A model generated the notes under the pieces. The model did no database searches. It saw only the letters and a list, made by a program, of their open reading frames with translations, and was not told where the DNA came from. From Azolla caroliniana (taxonomy: Eukaryota; Plantae; Polypodiophyta), in NCBI GenBank assembly GCA_043228905.1, contig JBHGNT010000006.1, positions 15,190,001 to 15,254,000 of the forward strand: DNA of 64,000 bases, in the 5' to 3' direction. Positions 1 through 12,793 of the stretch are shown here, piece by piece. Positions within the stretch are counted from its first letter, which is position 1. Each line of letters begins with the position of its first letter. The position numbers were made by a program, and so were the translations under genes.

Positions 1-882
1 TCTGTCCGGAACCTGGTCCGGACCTGATTCTCTCCGAATCGGCGCGCTTTTTCCAGCACTCGCTCTCCCTATGGCCTTTCTTGCCACAATACCAGCATTC
101 CGCGGCGGATTTCCCTTGCCGGTTCTTGTCACCTCGACTCCCCCTGTTTCCGGAGGGTCCGGAATTGCTATCAGCATCACTTCGGTGCCTTCTTCCTTGA
201 TCCCGTCGGCCGCCTCCATTGCGTACGACTCGCCACGTCCTCCATGTCCACGAGGCCTATCTCCCTTCATGTACAGCATCTTGTTGTCAGTGTGCGTGAT
301 CGTTGACACACCCGCGTGGTTCTCCTCTACTAGGAGCATCGACTGTAAGTCAAAAAAGGACGGTGTATTCTCCCGGGTACACACAGCAGTTCGGAACGCC
401 CCGAACTTTGACGCCAAACCCCCGAGACAGACCTGGACCATCTCACTTTCTTCGATGTTCACATCAATGGAAGCTAAGGAGTCGCATATGTCCTTGATCT
501 TCGAGGTATAGTCAGCCACCGACAAATCGCGTTGTCATAGGTTGCTTAACTCCTGTCGGAGCTGAAGCTTCTTGGCTATGGTGCTCGCGGCAAAGATCTT
601 GTTTAGATTTTCCCACGCACCCTTCGGCGTTTTTGCATCCCGAACGTAGCTTAATAGTTGTTCGCCCACACAAGACGTGAAACAGTACATCACTCTGCTC
701 ACCGATTGTTCCCATGCCGGGAAGTCTTTGTGTGTCGAATCGGGTGTTGTGTCATTTGCTCCATCGACATAGCTCCAGTAACCGTGTCCGAGCAGGTACT
801 AGTGCATCTTATAGGACTAAGATGCGTAGTTGTTTCTGTCGAGCTTCTCTGTTGGAAGCGAGCTAGCCATTCCTCTATCCAT
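1..882 (-). pseudogene. gag: Copia gag, disrupted by stops/frameshift
   Basis: Minus translation MDRGMASSLPTEKLDRNNYAS*SYKM... and zinc knuckle CWYCGKKGHRESEC at about 55-98. Confidence 0.85.
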
Positions 883-953
883 CGGTTTTGCCTGTTCTTC
901 TTGGTTAGTTTTTCTTTCAAGCTATGTCGGCTGCAGAGGTTCTCAACCCTCAC

Positions 954-965
954 GCTCTGATACCA
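954..965 (-). promoter_or_regulatory. Primer binding site, tRNA-iMet
   Basis: TGGTATCAGAGC adjacent to the LTR end. Confidence 0.9.
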
Positions 966-1420
966 TGTGAAAGATAATGTGCAGAAGCAATAGAAAAACG
1001 AACACAGAGAAAATGCGCAAGTTTAAGGGAAAGCTTAGGTTTGCACAATACGCACGGGAGAGAGAGAGAGAGAGTAAAACACTAGAACTTGATTCAAAAA
1101 TAATACTCAATTTGTACATAGGATGTGCTCAGTGAGCACTTTTATACAAGCCCTGACAATCGGGCTGACACAAGTACTGACAGTACTTGACTGCTCATAA
1201 ATGAGCCTCGACACTTACTCCCAAAACTATTCCTTACGAGGAATATCTTTCTAACGGCCTTTCAGTCTACGCACCGATACGGCCTCTCGTTATGCACCGG
1301 TTTGCGTACCGATTTACGCATCCATTTTACGCACCGGTCTGGCCTAACCGATCGGTCCTAACCGATCCGGTCCTCGGCTTGCTCAACCGATCTGGCCGAT
1401 GTTGAGCTTGTCTCTCAACA
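966..1420 (-). repeat. 5' LTR of the Copia element (455 bp)
   Basis: TG...CA termini, abuts PBS, contains a (CT)n tract; partner LTR is outside the window, so the 1420 boundary is inferred. Confidence 0.75.
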
Positions 1421-1499
1421 CATCTTCTCCTCTTCTTTGTAACAATAGTTTCCTTTTTATTCTTGTTAATATAGTTTTCTAGTTTTTTGTATATTTGTG

Positions 1500-1571
1500 C
1501 TCTCTCTCTCTCTCATACACACACACATACATACTCTTTCCGCTGCACAGAATCACATTTGATATATATAT

Positions 1572-1606
<35 letters not shown>

Positions 1607-1632
1607 TAGATATAGATATAGATATAGATATT
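1500..1632. repeat. Compound microsatellites (TC)n, (CA)n, (TA)n, (TAGA)n, (TAGATA)n
   Basis: Directly visible. Confidence 0.95.
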
Positions 1633-1899
1633 TATATTGATACATGCCTAAATGAAGAGAGAACTTGTTGTGTGTTGGCCGGAGTATGGCAGCCTGTTAA
1701 TTTCTTAGTTTTCTTATTGCTACGAGGACCCACAATACTCCATCTATTTGAATGTTGGTGCCAAACTTAAGATGATAAGGAAAACGGTGACATTAAAGGC
1801 AATGGCATAAGTGCACAAAACCCTATGTTACACTATATGTGTGCCCAAATTCAAAAATTTGGGTATTCTCATTTTCCCTCACAACTAGATTGGGTCGCC

Positions 1900-2670
1900 A
1901 TATTGTAGCTGCTCAAACCACTCAAGAGCCAGCTGCTGCAAAGGTATGGCACACATATCATGTTCCTCACACAATTATCACCAAGTTTTGGTAGAAAATC
2001 TAGAAACAACAACACGCATGGTGAATCGCCACTTTCCAATGGCTATTAACACATAGGTCACTACCGGTTGGTGCATGGCAGAGTGGCAACCTTAGCTCTC
2101 CTAATTGTGTAGCGTGCCCAAATGCAATAGAATCAATCCGACACGCTTTATGGAACTGCCCCGAGTCCCATCGAATATGGCAGGGGGTTGGCCGCTCATT
2201 GCAATTATGCCAGGTGAAAGCCTTAATCAAGTGGGGAAATATATGTTGGCTATCATGGTAGGCCCCAATTGATAGATACGAGCATCATTAGGAGGGGATG
2301 ACTTTGGTGATAAAAGAACAAGAGGTTTTTTTCTCCACCATCAACAATGTCCACTCAACTCCTATCAATGCCAAATCTTAAGTTGTGTTGGAATTGGTCA
2401 GCCCAATAACTCTTTGGATTATATGGAAACAATGGTGTAGATGGGTCTTCTCCAACCAAACTGCGTAGCCAATAGTGTTAATGCAAAAGATATGGAGTAA
2501 AGTTGTAGACACTCTAAAGAGCCAATATGATGGCCTCAAGGGCGACTCCGATGAAGTTGAAAGACAACGACTAGCCTTCATCCAACAATGGTCGTCCTCC
2601 CCCTTTATTGAGTCGGTGGGCATCCACATAAGATGGACCTATCGCGTCCCTATAGGGATTTGTATATAAT
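1900..2670 (+). mobile_element. Degenerate LINE (L1-type) 3' fragment with zf-RVT domain
   Basis: Plus translation FQWLLTHRSLPVG...CVACPNAIESIRHALWNCPESHRIW (about 2033-2180) and ITLWIIWKQWCRWVF (about 2406-2450); boundaries approximate. Confidence 0.75.
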
Positions 2671-2789
2671 AATCTCATCTATAAAATTTTATAACTAATG
2701 GAAGGAGTTTATTTTTTGAAAAATAAATTATTTGCCCACTAAATATTATCTAAAACTATAACTAATTAGTTATGCTTTTTAGTTATATA

Positions 2790-2826
2790 TTAGCTATAAT
2801 GGTGTTTCCATTCCCATCCTTTCACC
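2790..2826. mobile_element. Remnant terminus of the MITE family seen at 58824-59120
   Basis: agctataatggtgtttccattcccatcctttcacc matches agctataatagtgtttccattcgcatgctttcacc. Confidence 0.6.
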
Positions 2827-3155
2827 ATAAGCAAAAACCCTAGGCCTTGATGTTCACTATTGACTACGTTCTGTAAAGTGTTCAAGTGATAACCCACTTG
2901 AAAGTTTATCTTACATCGTACTTCATTGTAATATTCATACCCTTGTTCCTTTCAAGATTAACCCACATATACTTAGTGCCTAGGTGTTGTAACTATGTAT
3001 AGATATGGTACAAATTACTAGGTTATAGGAGTTGTGGATACTTTTGTTGTAAATGAGGTGGGGACTATGTCCACTTTGGTGAGAAGGCCAGAGCGACCTT
3101 TCCTGAAATTTTGGTGGTCTATGATGTAATTGTTTGCTAACTAATGCGAAGTAGT

Positions 3156-3156
<1 letters not shown>

Positions 3157-3187
<31 letters not shown>

Positions 3188-3188
3188 G
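3157..3188 (+). repeat. T10-G22 homopolymer run
   Basis: Directly visible. Confidence 0.95.
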
Positions 3189-3221
3189 AATGCCATATAT
3201 GTTTCCATATCAGTCAAATAG

Positions 3222-4372
3222 TTTATATTGTATATAACTCATCACTATTAATATTAACATCGATGGAGGCTCATGGCTAAAATTGTACGTGAATATTGAA
3301 GGAGTATATTCAATCAAGGTATGTCTGGCGAAAACTTCATAATAAAAAGTTACTATTTCCATAAGCTCAAACAATATCCTATTTGATTTGAATGGTTGTT
3401 TAATGGTCCATGAGGTTGGGATTGGGATATGGAACACATGCTCAAGGTAGTTTATAGTTCCATAAGGGAATTTATCACTAAAAATTTCTTAGGTAGATTA
3501 TATTGTATATAACTCATCACAATGAATGTTCTTATTGATGTGAATGTTTGTTTAATGGTCCATGAGGTTGGGGTTAGCAATGGGCACGGTTCGATTCGGT
3601 TTCAAGGCAAAGAAACCAAATCAAACCGTTTATGAACTCTCAGTATTTAAACCAAACCATTTAAGAAAAAGTTTAAACCAAACCAAACCATTTAATAAAA
3701 ACTTTAAACCTAACCACTTAAGTCAAACTAGTTAAACATCTAAAGAAACAAAAATACATTAAATTAAATAAGCATTTAAGTTAAATTTATTAAATCAATA
3801 AAAAACCATTAATTAAATCATTACATCAATAAACTATTAAGGTAAAAAAAAAGTTAACCAAAAACCTATAAACCTTAAAACCAAACCTGTAAACCTATAA
3901 ACCCGAGTTTTAGAACCGAACCGTTTATCGAGAATCCAAACCATTCATTTTTTTGGGAACTAATAAACCGTTAAACCATGGCTTAACGGTTCCGTTCGGT
4001 TTGAGCCGAAACCATGCCCATTGCTAGTTGGGGTTGGGATATGGAGCACATGCTCAAGGTAGTTTATAGTTCCATAAGGGAGTTTATCACTAAAAGTTTC
4101 TTAGGTAGTTTATATTGTATATAACTCATCACAATGAATGTTGACATCAATTGAGTCTCATGGCTAAATCATACATCAATATTATAGGACTATCCAATGA
4201 ATATATGTTTGGTGAAAATTCCATAGTAAGAAGTTATTATTCCCATAAACTCCAAGGATATCTTCATTTATTTGAATACTTGTTTAATTGATCCATTAGG
4301 TTGGGGTTGGGTTATGGATCACATGCTCAAGGTAGTTTATAGTTCCATATGGGAATTTATAACCAAAAGTTC
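3222..4372. repeat. Diverged ~270-bp tandem repeat, about 3 copies; the middle copy is internally deleted and split by a MITE
   Basis: cacatgctcaaggtagtttatagttccata recurs at about 3435, 4047 and 4320; tatattgtatataactcatcac at about 3224, 3499 and 4111. Confidence 0.85.
3575..4026. mobile_element. hAT-type MITE (452 bp)
   Basis: Perfect 12-bp TIR TAGCAATGGGCA/TGCCCATTGCTA; 8-bp TSD GTTGGGGT (3567-3574, 4027-4034); many AAACC/GGTT subterminal motifs. Confidence 0.93.
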
Positions 4373-4429
4373 ACTAGTAATTAGAAATCTCCATCAATCA
4401 TCATATTTGTTGGTAAGCTGACAATGGTG

Positions 4430-5010
4430 GCATTTAGATACATAAGCTTTAATATCAAGACGCATCATAGGCAAAACGAAATGGGTTTAGATGACAATGA
4501 GTGTATGATGTATTTTATGAGGGTACAAAAATAAAATTCTCGTTTTCACCTTAGACAATAGACAATTTGGGAACACAAACCTTTCCAATACGATTGAGCA
4601 AACCATTAGGAATATAGAAGGTTCTCTTCAAGGGTACAATGCTTAATAGCAGATATGTTAGATTGAGCTCTTGCCCAAGATTTTCAAAAGGAAACTTCAT
4701 CAAAGTACTTTCTTCGAAGGTGATTATAATTTATAGGATTATTAATAAAGTTAATCATCTTAACTTCATGAAGATGACTTAAAAGACATTAACAATCGTA
4801 TTGACAAATTATTTTAAGCTATCTAACGGGATCAAAGTCTTGAATGAGGTTCCGTTGGTCACAAAATATTTGAAGGGCTAAATATTTGAAGGGCTACCAG
4901 TCTGTGGTTACCCGAAAATGATTTTTATACAATTAGTATCTTTTGATATCTTTGTGCATTCATGATCTCAAACAACTATGTTCATGAACTATATATCCAT
5001 GTTGAGTAGA
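4430..5010 (+). pseudogene. Possible highly decayed Copia gag relic
   Basis: Short gag-like peptide traces (...NEVPLVTKYLKGL...) across many stops and frameshifts. Confidence 0.25.
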
Positions 5011-5386
5011 AGAAAGTTGCATACTCTCAAATGAATCAGATAAGATAGATGAAGGAGATTGTTAATCATTTCTTGAAGTATGTTTACCTATTATATAATC
5101 CAAGGTAATGGGCTTGTTAACTTGCACATTTGGCCTTATAGGAGGTTACTAAATCACATCTTCTATTCTATGTAATGCAATTAAATATCTGCAATAAATC
5201 AACATAAACAACAAATGAATGAAGTTCTTGGACATTATTAGGGATAGACTAAATTTACACTTTCTTTATCTAAGAAAAATCAATTTGTACCTCATAGTCA
5301 TTGTAGTGATAAATAATATGTAGTCATCATGATCCATCAGATAATAATTTTATGGTATGACAAGGGTTTATTTTAATGGTGACAAT

Positions 5387-5564
5387 CAGGGCAAAAATTT
5401 GACGGGTGTAATGCCCGTCAAAGGCCATTTTGCCCGTCAAAAACATACATCTAATAAAAATGTCCGTCAAATGACATATAAAGTATAAAATTTTCCTTTT
5501 CATATGAAAGGCCACTAAAAATTATCCATGTCAAATGACATGCTAAAATTCTAATTTCCATGTC

Positions 5565-5609
<45 letters not shown>

Positions 5610-8230
5610 AACTAATAAGTTATAAGTTATAACTATGTGTGTAGTATGTAGTTACAACTTACTAAGTTACTAGTATAAAGTGTGTAATATACTAGGTCCT
5701 AGAATTAAGAGTCTAGTCTAATATATATTAATATGACAATATTATAACTTCTAAGTTTATATATATGTATTTAGTTACTAGTATATATATATATATATTA
5801 TTATATATATATATCTTATATGTTTTTTAAAAACACACTTAAAATAAAAAATATAAATTGTAAGTTGTAAATTGTAATGATGAATCATGATTTATGATAT
5901 AAATTCTCAAATCGATTTAAAATTTTAACAATAACATTAGTCATTTATTAAATACTCTAATATACTTTTTTTTTCGAAAAAAAAATACTTTAAATTCTAA
6001 TATACTAGAGTGTAGAGTCTAGACTCTAGGTTTAATTTAAGTTTTAATTTAAAACTAAAAATTTTACTAACCATCTTTTTATACTTATAAGTTATTACAT
6101 TTTACTATTATCTATGCTTTATTAAAAAATTAAGGTTAATAATAACTTATTAGTACAGAACAAAGGTGAGTACTTCTATTAGGGTAGCAAGCTATTCTTC
6201 CACAGTCCACTTAAAAATTATTGATTTTATATGTAGTTTTTCTGCAGCAACAATAGAAGAAGACACCCTTCAAGGCTAGGCTTAAGCTTCAACATTTTAA
6301 ATAGGTAAGTTACCATCTATTACATTATGTAATATTATACAATATAGTTTTTGTATTACTTAAGCAATAACTTGCCTGATTGTATTATATTGAAATGAAA
6401 TACTTTTAATACACAAGTTTCAAGTTAAAATTAAAACTTTTAATAGTTACCATCCTTTTTATAATTATTAAGTTATTACTAATAACTATCATCTATGCTT
6501 TATGAAGAAATTAAGGTTAGTAATAACTTATTAGTATAGAAAATAAGTGAGTAAGTACTTCTATTAGGGTAGCAAGCTATTGTTTCACTTAAAAATTATT
6601 GATTTCATATGTATTTCTACAGCAACAATAGAAGAAGACATCCTTCAAGGCTAGGCTCAAGCTTCAACATTTCAAATAGGCAAGTTACCATCTATTACAT
6701 TATGTAATATTATACAATATAGTTTTTGTATTATTTAAACAATAACTTGGCTGTTTGTATTATATTGAAATGAAATAGTTTTAATACACAAGTTTTAAGT
6801 TAAAATTAAAACTTTTAACAGTTACCATTCTTTTTATAGTTATTAAGTTATTACTAATAACTATCATCTATGCTTTATGAAGAAATTAAGGTTAGTAATA
6901 ACTTATTAGTATAGAAAATAAGTGAGTAAGTACTTCTATTAGGGTAGTAAGCTATTGTTCCACTTAAAAATTATTGATTTTATATGTAGTTGTTCTGCAG
7001 CAACAATAGAAGAAGACATCCTTCAAGGCTAGGCTCAAGCTTCAACATTTTAAATAGGTAAGTTACCATCTATCACATTATTTAATTTTATACAATATAG
7101 TTTTTGTATTACTTAATAACTTGGTTGTTTGTATTATATTGAAATGAAATACTTTTAGTACAAAAGTTTTAAGTTAAAACTAAAACTTTTACTAGCCATC
7201 CTTTTTATAATTATTAAGTTATTACTAATAAGTTATAACTATCATCTATGCTTTATTAAAAAACTAAGGTTAGAACTTAGTAATAACTTATTGATATAGA
7301 AAATAGGTGAGTAAGTACTTCTATTAGGGTAGCAAGTTATTGTTTCACTTGAAAATGATTGATTTTACATATAGTTGTTCAGCAACAACAATAAAAGAAT
7401 ACATGATACATCCATCCAACTTTAACATTTTAAATATGTAAGTTACCATCTATCACATTATGTAATATAATACAATATAGGTTTTGTATTATCTAAGCAA
7501 TAACTTAACTGTTTATATTATATTGAAATGAAATACTTTTAGTACATAGGTTTTAAGTTAAAACTAAAACTTTTACTTACCATTGTTTCTATTATTGTTA
7601 AGTCATTACTATCATCTATGCTTTATTAAAAAATTAAGGTTAGTAATAACTTATTAGCATAGAAAATATGTGAGTGTTTTTTGGAAAGAAAAAAAAAAGG
7701 TGAGTGAGTACTACTAGGGTAACAAGTTATTGTTCCACAATCCACTTAAAAATGATTGATTTTATATGTAGTTATTCTGCAGCAACAATAGAAGAAGACA
7801 TCCTTCAAGGCTAGGCTCAAGCTTCAACATTTTAAATATGTAAGTTACCATCTATCACATTATGTAATATTATACAATATAGTTTTTGTATTAAGTATTC
7901 AATTTATATGTTTTTTTATGCTTATTGTATCCACTTTGCAAGAATAGATTATGATTATTGATAAATATCTTGCTTGTGCTTTGGCTTTAAAACATAAACA
8001 TGATATTTATTTTACGTATTTCATTATCTTTGTGAGGTAGTTATGTTCATTTGTGTACTTTCTATAGCAATAAAATATATAACAATGTAACATTACATAG
8101 AGCTTTTCATGTCTAAAATCTGTATGTCAAATGACATGTTAAGTTTTTGCAATCTTCTGTCATATGACATACATCTTTAAAAAATGCCCGTCAAAAAACT
8201 TTAAGACTAACCCGTCAATTTTAGGCCCTG
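5387..8230. mobile_element. Non-autonomous hAT DNA transposon (2844 bp)
   Basis: Imperfect TIRs CAGGGCAAAAATTTGACGGG / rc CAGGGCCTAAAATTGACGGG; 8-bp TSD GTGACAAT (5379-5386, 8231-8238); subterminal CCCGTCAA and TGTCAnATGACA motifs at both ends; no transposase ORF. Confidence 0.92.
6040..7892 (+). repeat. Five tandem ~375-400-bp AT-rich units inside the hAT
   Basis: caacaatagaagaagac core at 6248, 6623, 7001, ~7386 (diverged) and 7783. Confidence 0.93.
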
Positions 8231-9499
8231 GTGACAATGACTAATATGTAGTCACCATACCATAATAAACAAAGGGCAATTATTGCAAAAGGCAATGATT
8301 GTCCAAGTTTGAATGTGATATATCATATAATAAACAAACAATTTTGTACTACCAAGATTGGGATGAAGCTCAAAATGATACTCAGATCTAACATAACCAA
8401 GTGCTAAAAAGTTCCTTGAATTCTTTCCCTCTCATCTCTCAAATAAGGCTTCACATAATGCAATCTTGCTACTTAGTGGATGTCATCCGCATTTAAGACA
8501 AGTGAAACTCACAAATTCCATTAAATGTTTAAAATGTAGAAAACACAACGTAAGGTGAAATCAAAATGTATGACATAGCTAAGTATATTTGAATATACTG
8601 CAACAAGAATATAACAATAGAGGTGTTAGCCCAGAAACTAATAGTTAAAATCATGAGTGAATGTTGGCGAATGCTGTAACACGAGAGAGTGATGGACTTA
8701 TTATTATTTATTATTATCATTACCGAAAAAAGCACTAGCTTTGATATATCATATCTAAACGAAGAAAAGCACACCCCATACATATATCTGTAGGGGTGGA
8801 TATCTATCTGATGGGAAAAAGCCGGATTGCTGGGGCGGTGCTGCCGACCATGCTGATGTATGGATCAGTGTAGCAGCCATCCACCATGGTTGTAATCGCG
8901 GTGATGCTGCATGCTGATGGGGAGGTGCCAGGTTTACGTCATTAAAAATTTTGATGTTTCTCATCATCTATTGGGTATAATAGCTCGAATTCATCCCATG
9001 CCGTGTGATAGAATCCAGTTTATCTCACAATCATTGTGAATTTTGAGTAGCCTCCATTAGAAGTATATGAACTCCGTTATAAAAATCTCAGGATTCCAAG
9101 AAACAGAAAATGTTATAAACTAAATATTTGGCCATGTACATTTACTAAAGATTCTACTTGCATGACTGAGGAACCTGCAATTAAGAAATATTTAAATTCA
9201 TGGGGAAAACCCTCAGGTATCAGAAAATAGCTATTAATCATGGTTTTAGTGTTTTCTCAATTCACTTATTTCTAGGCCAAAAAACCTTTCAGCAAGCTCT
9301 GTAATCATTAGAACAAATTAGGGTATCTGCAGATAAGGAGAATTTGAGGATCAAAAAAAGATGCAGCAAAAATGTTATCCACTCCACCATACACATGTGC
9401 TAATGGATGATCCACAATGATTTACCAGACCATCCATCATATCTAACACCAAGTATGATCATATAGGAGGTTTACTGGTATTATCAATTGGATGCTTGC

Positions 9500-12400
9500 T
9501 CATATAGGGGGTTTACTGGAACTCAATAACTGACCAACTATAGCAGTTACCTGGAAAAAACATCAACCATCAATTACTCAGCATCAGTGGATTGTGCAAT
9601 TCAAATTGCTTCATACATTCCATTTGGTAAGTTTATCACCTGCCAATACTTATGAACACACCTATCCACGCAACTGTTCTCACCCACATTTAGATCCGAA
9701 TCTTTGTATCTACAAAAAAATTACCTTATATAAATCACTGAAAAAGCTATAAATCCATGAAAATCAAAACTATAAATCCAAACATTAAGTAGCTTGCTGA
9801 CCTTAGCTTTATTTATGTCCTTAATAATCAAATGAACACCAAAATCAATCCAACAGTAAAATGGCTAGCCAACCTTAGCCATATTCAATGCATTAAGACT
9901 CTAATGCATAGCACACAATAAATGCAATGTAAACTAGCTTGACAGCCTTAGCCTTATCCATTACATCATTAATGCTTTTAATGAATACCAAACAATAAAT
10001 CCCATGGTGAACTAAATGAAAACTGCTAGCCAACATTAGGATTACCAAACAATAACTAATTGGCAAGCTTTAAGCTTATCTATATCATTAAATCTACAAT
10101 GAGTACCAAACCATACATCCAATGTTGAAGTCGCTGTCAAACATCATGTTCATCCATGTCATTGAGCCTCCAACAAATACGGAAACTATATAAATCCAAC
10201 AGTAAAGTGGCTAGCCAACATTATCCTTATTCATATACTCAAATCTTCAATGCACAACAAAACTATAAATAAATCCAGTCTGGACAAATTAGCCTTATTC
10301 ATGTCAAACAGTATACAATTACTACCATAAATCATAAACCTAACAGTGATAGTTGCCAAACTTACTTCTTTTCAATGCACTTCTCGAAGCATGATTGTGT
10401 CAACCTGTGAAAGAGTTCAAACTGACACATAATGAGTAGTGAGGGGTCATATTTTAGCTATGATAAAAAATGTCCATCAGAGCAGAAAGCGTGATACTTA
10501 TTATAGAGCTCAACCCGATATTCCATCTCTTGTTGAGCCATTCCAATCATCTAAAACAAATAAAAAACCCATCCCTTGTCAATAGTACGATGGTCAATGC
10601 ATGACACATGAAATTCAGTACCTAACATGCACAGTCAAGAAGAGATCAACATAATTTTCTTATTAAACCACAAGTATGAGAAATTAAGAAAAGATTAGTC
10701 AGGATGAATGTACCATGAACTCTGCTAAATGTTTACAAGTTTAGCTGAGGATGATGCTATACACTTGTACGGATTTTAGTATTTAACATGTTTAATGGCT
10801 TACATTGTTACGTGTAACGAAGGTTAAGCTTAAACATGAGTTTTCAAGATTTTATTTGCATGATAACATGCATTATTATTATTCTTATTTAGCATGCATA
10901 TACAACATCAAATCTCCCACTCTACAAGAGATTGGGGACTCTAGATGCAGAATGGCCAAGAAAGAAGTGCATAAAATGGCACCTAGACCGTTATAAATCA
11001 ACCCAACCCTATTTCAATGTCCAAAGAACCTGTGGCCAAACTTGATGATTGTCACACGTGCAAATGCGCTGGCCTTATTTACCAAGGAGATCCGTGGGTC
11101 TATGCCCAAAATATATATACCAGTGAGAATCATAACTCTTATGCCTGCCTTTTGTTGCCATACAAAGACAAGATCATCCATGAGGTAAATCAGCATATAT
11201 CTGGAGCCTGAATGACTTAACTATATCCTTTATACTCAATATACCCTAGATTTGAGTCGCAAATCATAGGGTTCAATTCTCTTGCCCACCATGCGACTAA
11301 CTGTTAGAAACTAATAATGGCCTGAAACAGGCCTGAGGACTGTCAAGAGAAGTGTTTTACATAAGCCAATAAATACTTAAGTTTTTCACTCACTATGAGT
11401 TCATTTCACATCCAGGGAGTTTGATTGATCCTGAAAACGAAAAAGGAAAAACAGCTTGTTGGACCCTAAATATTAGCACCTCCTAACATATTTCTTTTAG
11501 TGATAATTAGTCGAAGATAGTACAGTAAGATATAGCGCATATCCTAGAAAATTCAGCTAACATTTGAAGCCTATTTCAACACTGCAACCCGTATACAGCT
11601 ATTCCAAAGTATTCTCTGCTGGGCACAGCAGCAAACGGGAGTAAACCAGGTATGATTCTGATGATTTTAGTTTGTGGTTCTCCTAGACCTCTCACTTATC
11701 TACATAACTTCTTGCAATTGCACACAAACAAACACATCAGAATACAATTCTAAGCAGGGTGACCGCATGCTGATCTTAAAGCCTGCTGGAGTTTCACACT
11801 GGCCATGCCATGCCATATTGCCCAATTTGCCAGAGCCCCAAGGATCAAGTCAATATAGATTAAGTACGTAATATTAAAAACGTAATAAACCTGGGTTTCT
11901 AATAGATTCATAGTAATCTAGACCATGATGTAACGGCGAAATTATTACTCGCATTTCATTTCCATAAAAATGAAGAGCAGGTCTATGATGTCCAGAGCAC
12001 GGCCATCCCAACAGTTTCCCAACTAAAGAACCATGAGATAGATAATGGCCTAAATGACTTGGGTACATACCAATGGTCCAAATCATGTCAACCGGAAAAT
12101 GAGAAGTGAAGGGATGGTAGAGTTTTTTACACCAGAGAGAGATAATGGACTTTTTTACACGCGTAGTAGTTCCTTGTTAACCATAGCCATCCATCCAGAG
12201 ATCATCTAAAAAGCCCACGGCTACACACACCCAAAAACACTCGTTCGTAGTAAAAAAAAGTCATCATATGAAGAACGCTGGATTTAGATCACGCAACTAA
12301 AACCTCTTAAGATCAAGAAACTCTTATATTCGAGCACACAATTATCATAGTTTTACTCTAAAGGCTAAAACAGATTTTACTCTTAACATGGTCAAGAGAC

Positions 12401-12624
12401 CTAAAAGCTTTTATGCAAACGTTAGAAATGTGGCGAGATGAGTGAAACGAGGCTCTCACCTCATCGGCCTCCTTTCTGGCCGTTTCAGAAGGCTGCTTCC
12501 CTCCTGAGGAAGAAGAAGAAGAAGAAGAAGAAGAAGAAGAATTAAATAAAAAGGCAAAGGCATTCCATTCAGCAGAGAGTTTGATTCGGAAGGATAATAT
12601 AATACCCAGCTTATTTGACGACAT
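9500..12624 (-). CDS. TIM10: Mitochondrial import inner membrane translocase subunit Tim10 (91 aa, 6 exons: 12624-12606, 12503-12460, 10550-10498, 10404-10366, 9709-9640, 9550-9500)
   Basis: GT-AG splicing gives MSSNKLGGKQPSETARKEADEMIGMAQQEMEYRVELYNKLTQSCFEKCIEKKYKDSDLNVGENSCVDRCVHKYWQVTAIVGQLLSSSKPPI*, with twin CX3C and the plant Tim10 motifs EMEYRVEL and GENSCxDRCV. The last four exons are secure; the first two are less certain. Confidence 0.92.
9765..10305. repeat. Degenerate ~70-bp minisatellite in TIM10 intron 4
   Basis: Recurring aaatccaaca...gctagccaac.ttagcc.tat.cat units. Confidence 0.6.
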
Positions 12625-12762
12625 GGCCTTGCTTGGTTGGTTGGGTGTGGTGAAGAAAGAAAGAAAGGAAGGAAGGAAGGAAGGAAGAAACCCTTTGCTC
12701 TCGCTGTCTGTCTGTCTGTGTGTCTGTCTGTCTGTCTGTCTGTCTGTCTTCCTTCCTTCCTT

Positions 12763-12793
<31 letters not shown>

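Larger units (their letters stand above)
1..1420 (-). mobile_element. Ty1/Copia LTR retrotransposon, 5' portion (runs off the left edge)
   Basis: LTR 966-1420 (TGTTGAG...TTTCACA on minus), immediately followed by PBS TGGTATCAGAGC and a Copia-type gag. Confidence 0.9.

Noticed and set aside
8760-8990. GC-richer patch with a small hairpin and a 70-aa ORF
   Set aside because: No recognisable protein, RNA family or TIR/TSD; may be TIM10 3'UTR
11014-11211. Overlapping 60- and 64-aa ORFs in TIM10 intron 2
   Set aside because: No motifs or splice support; size expected by chance
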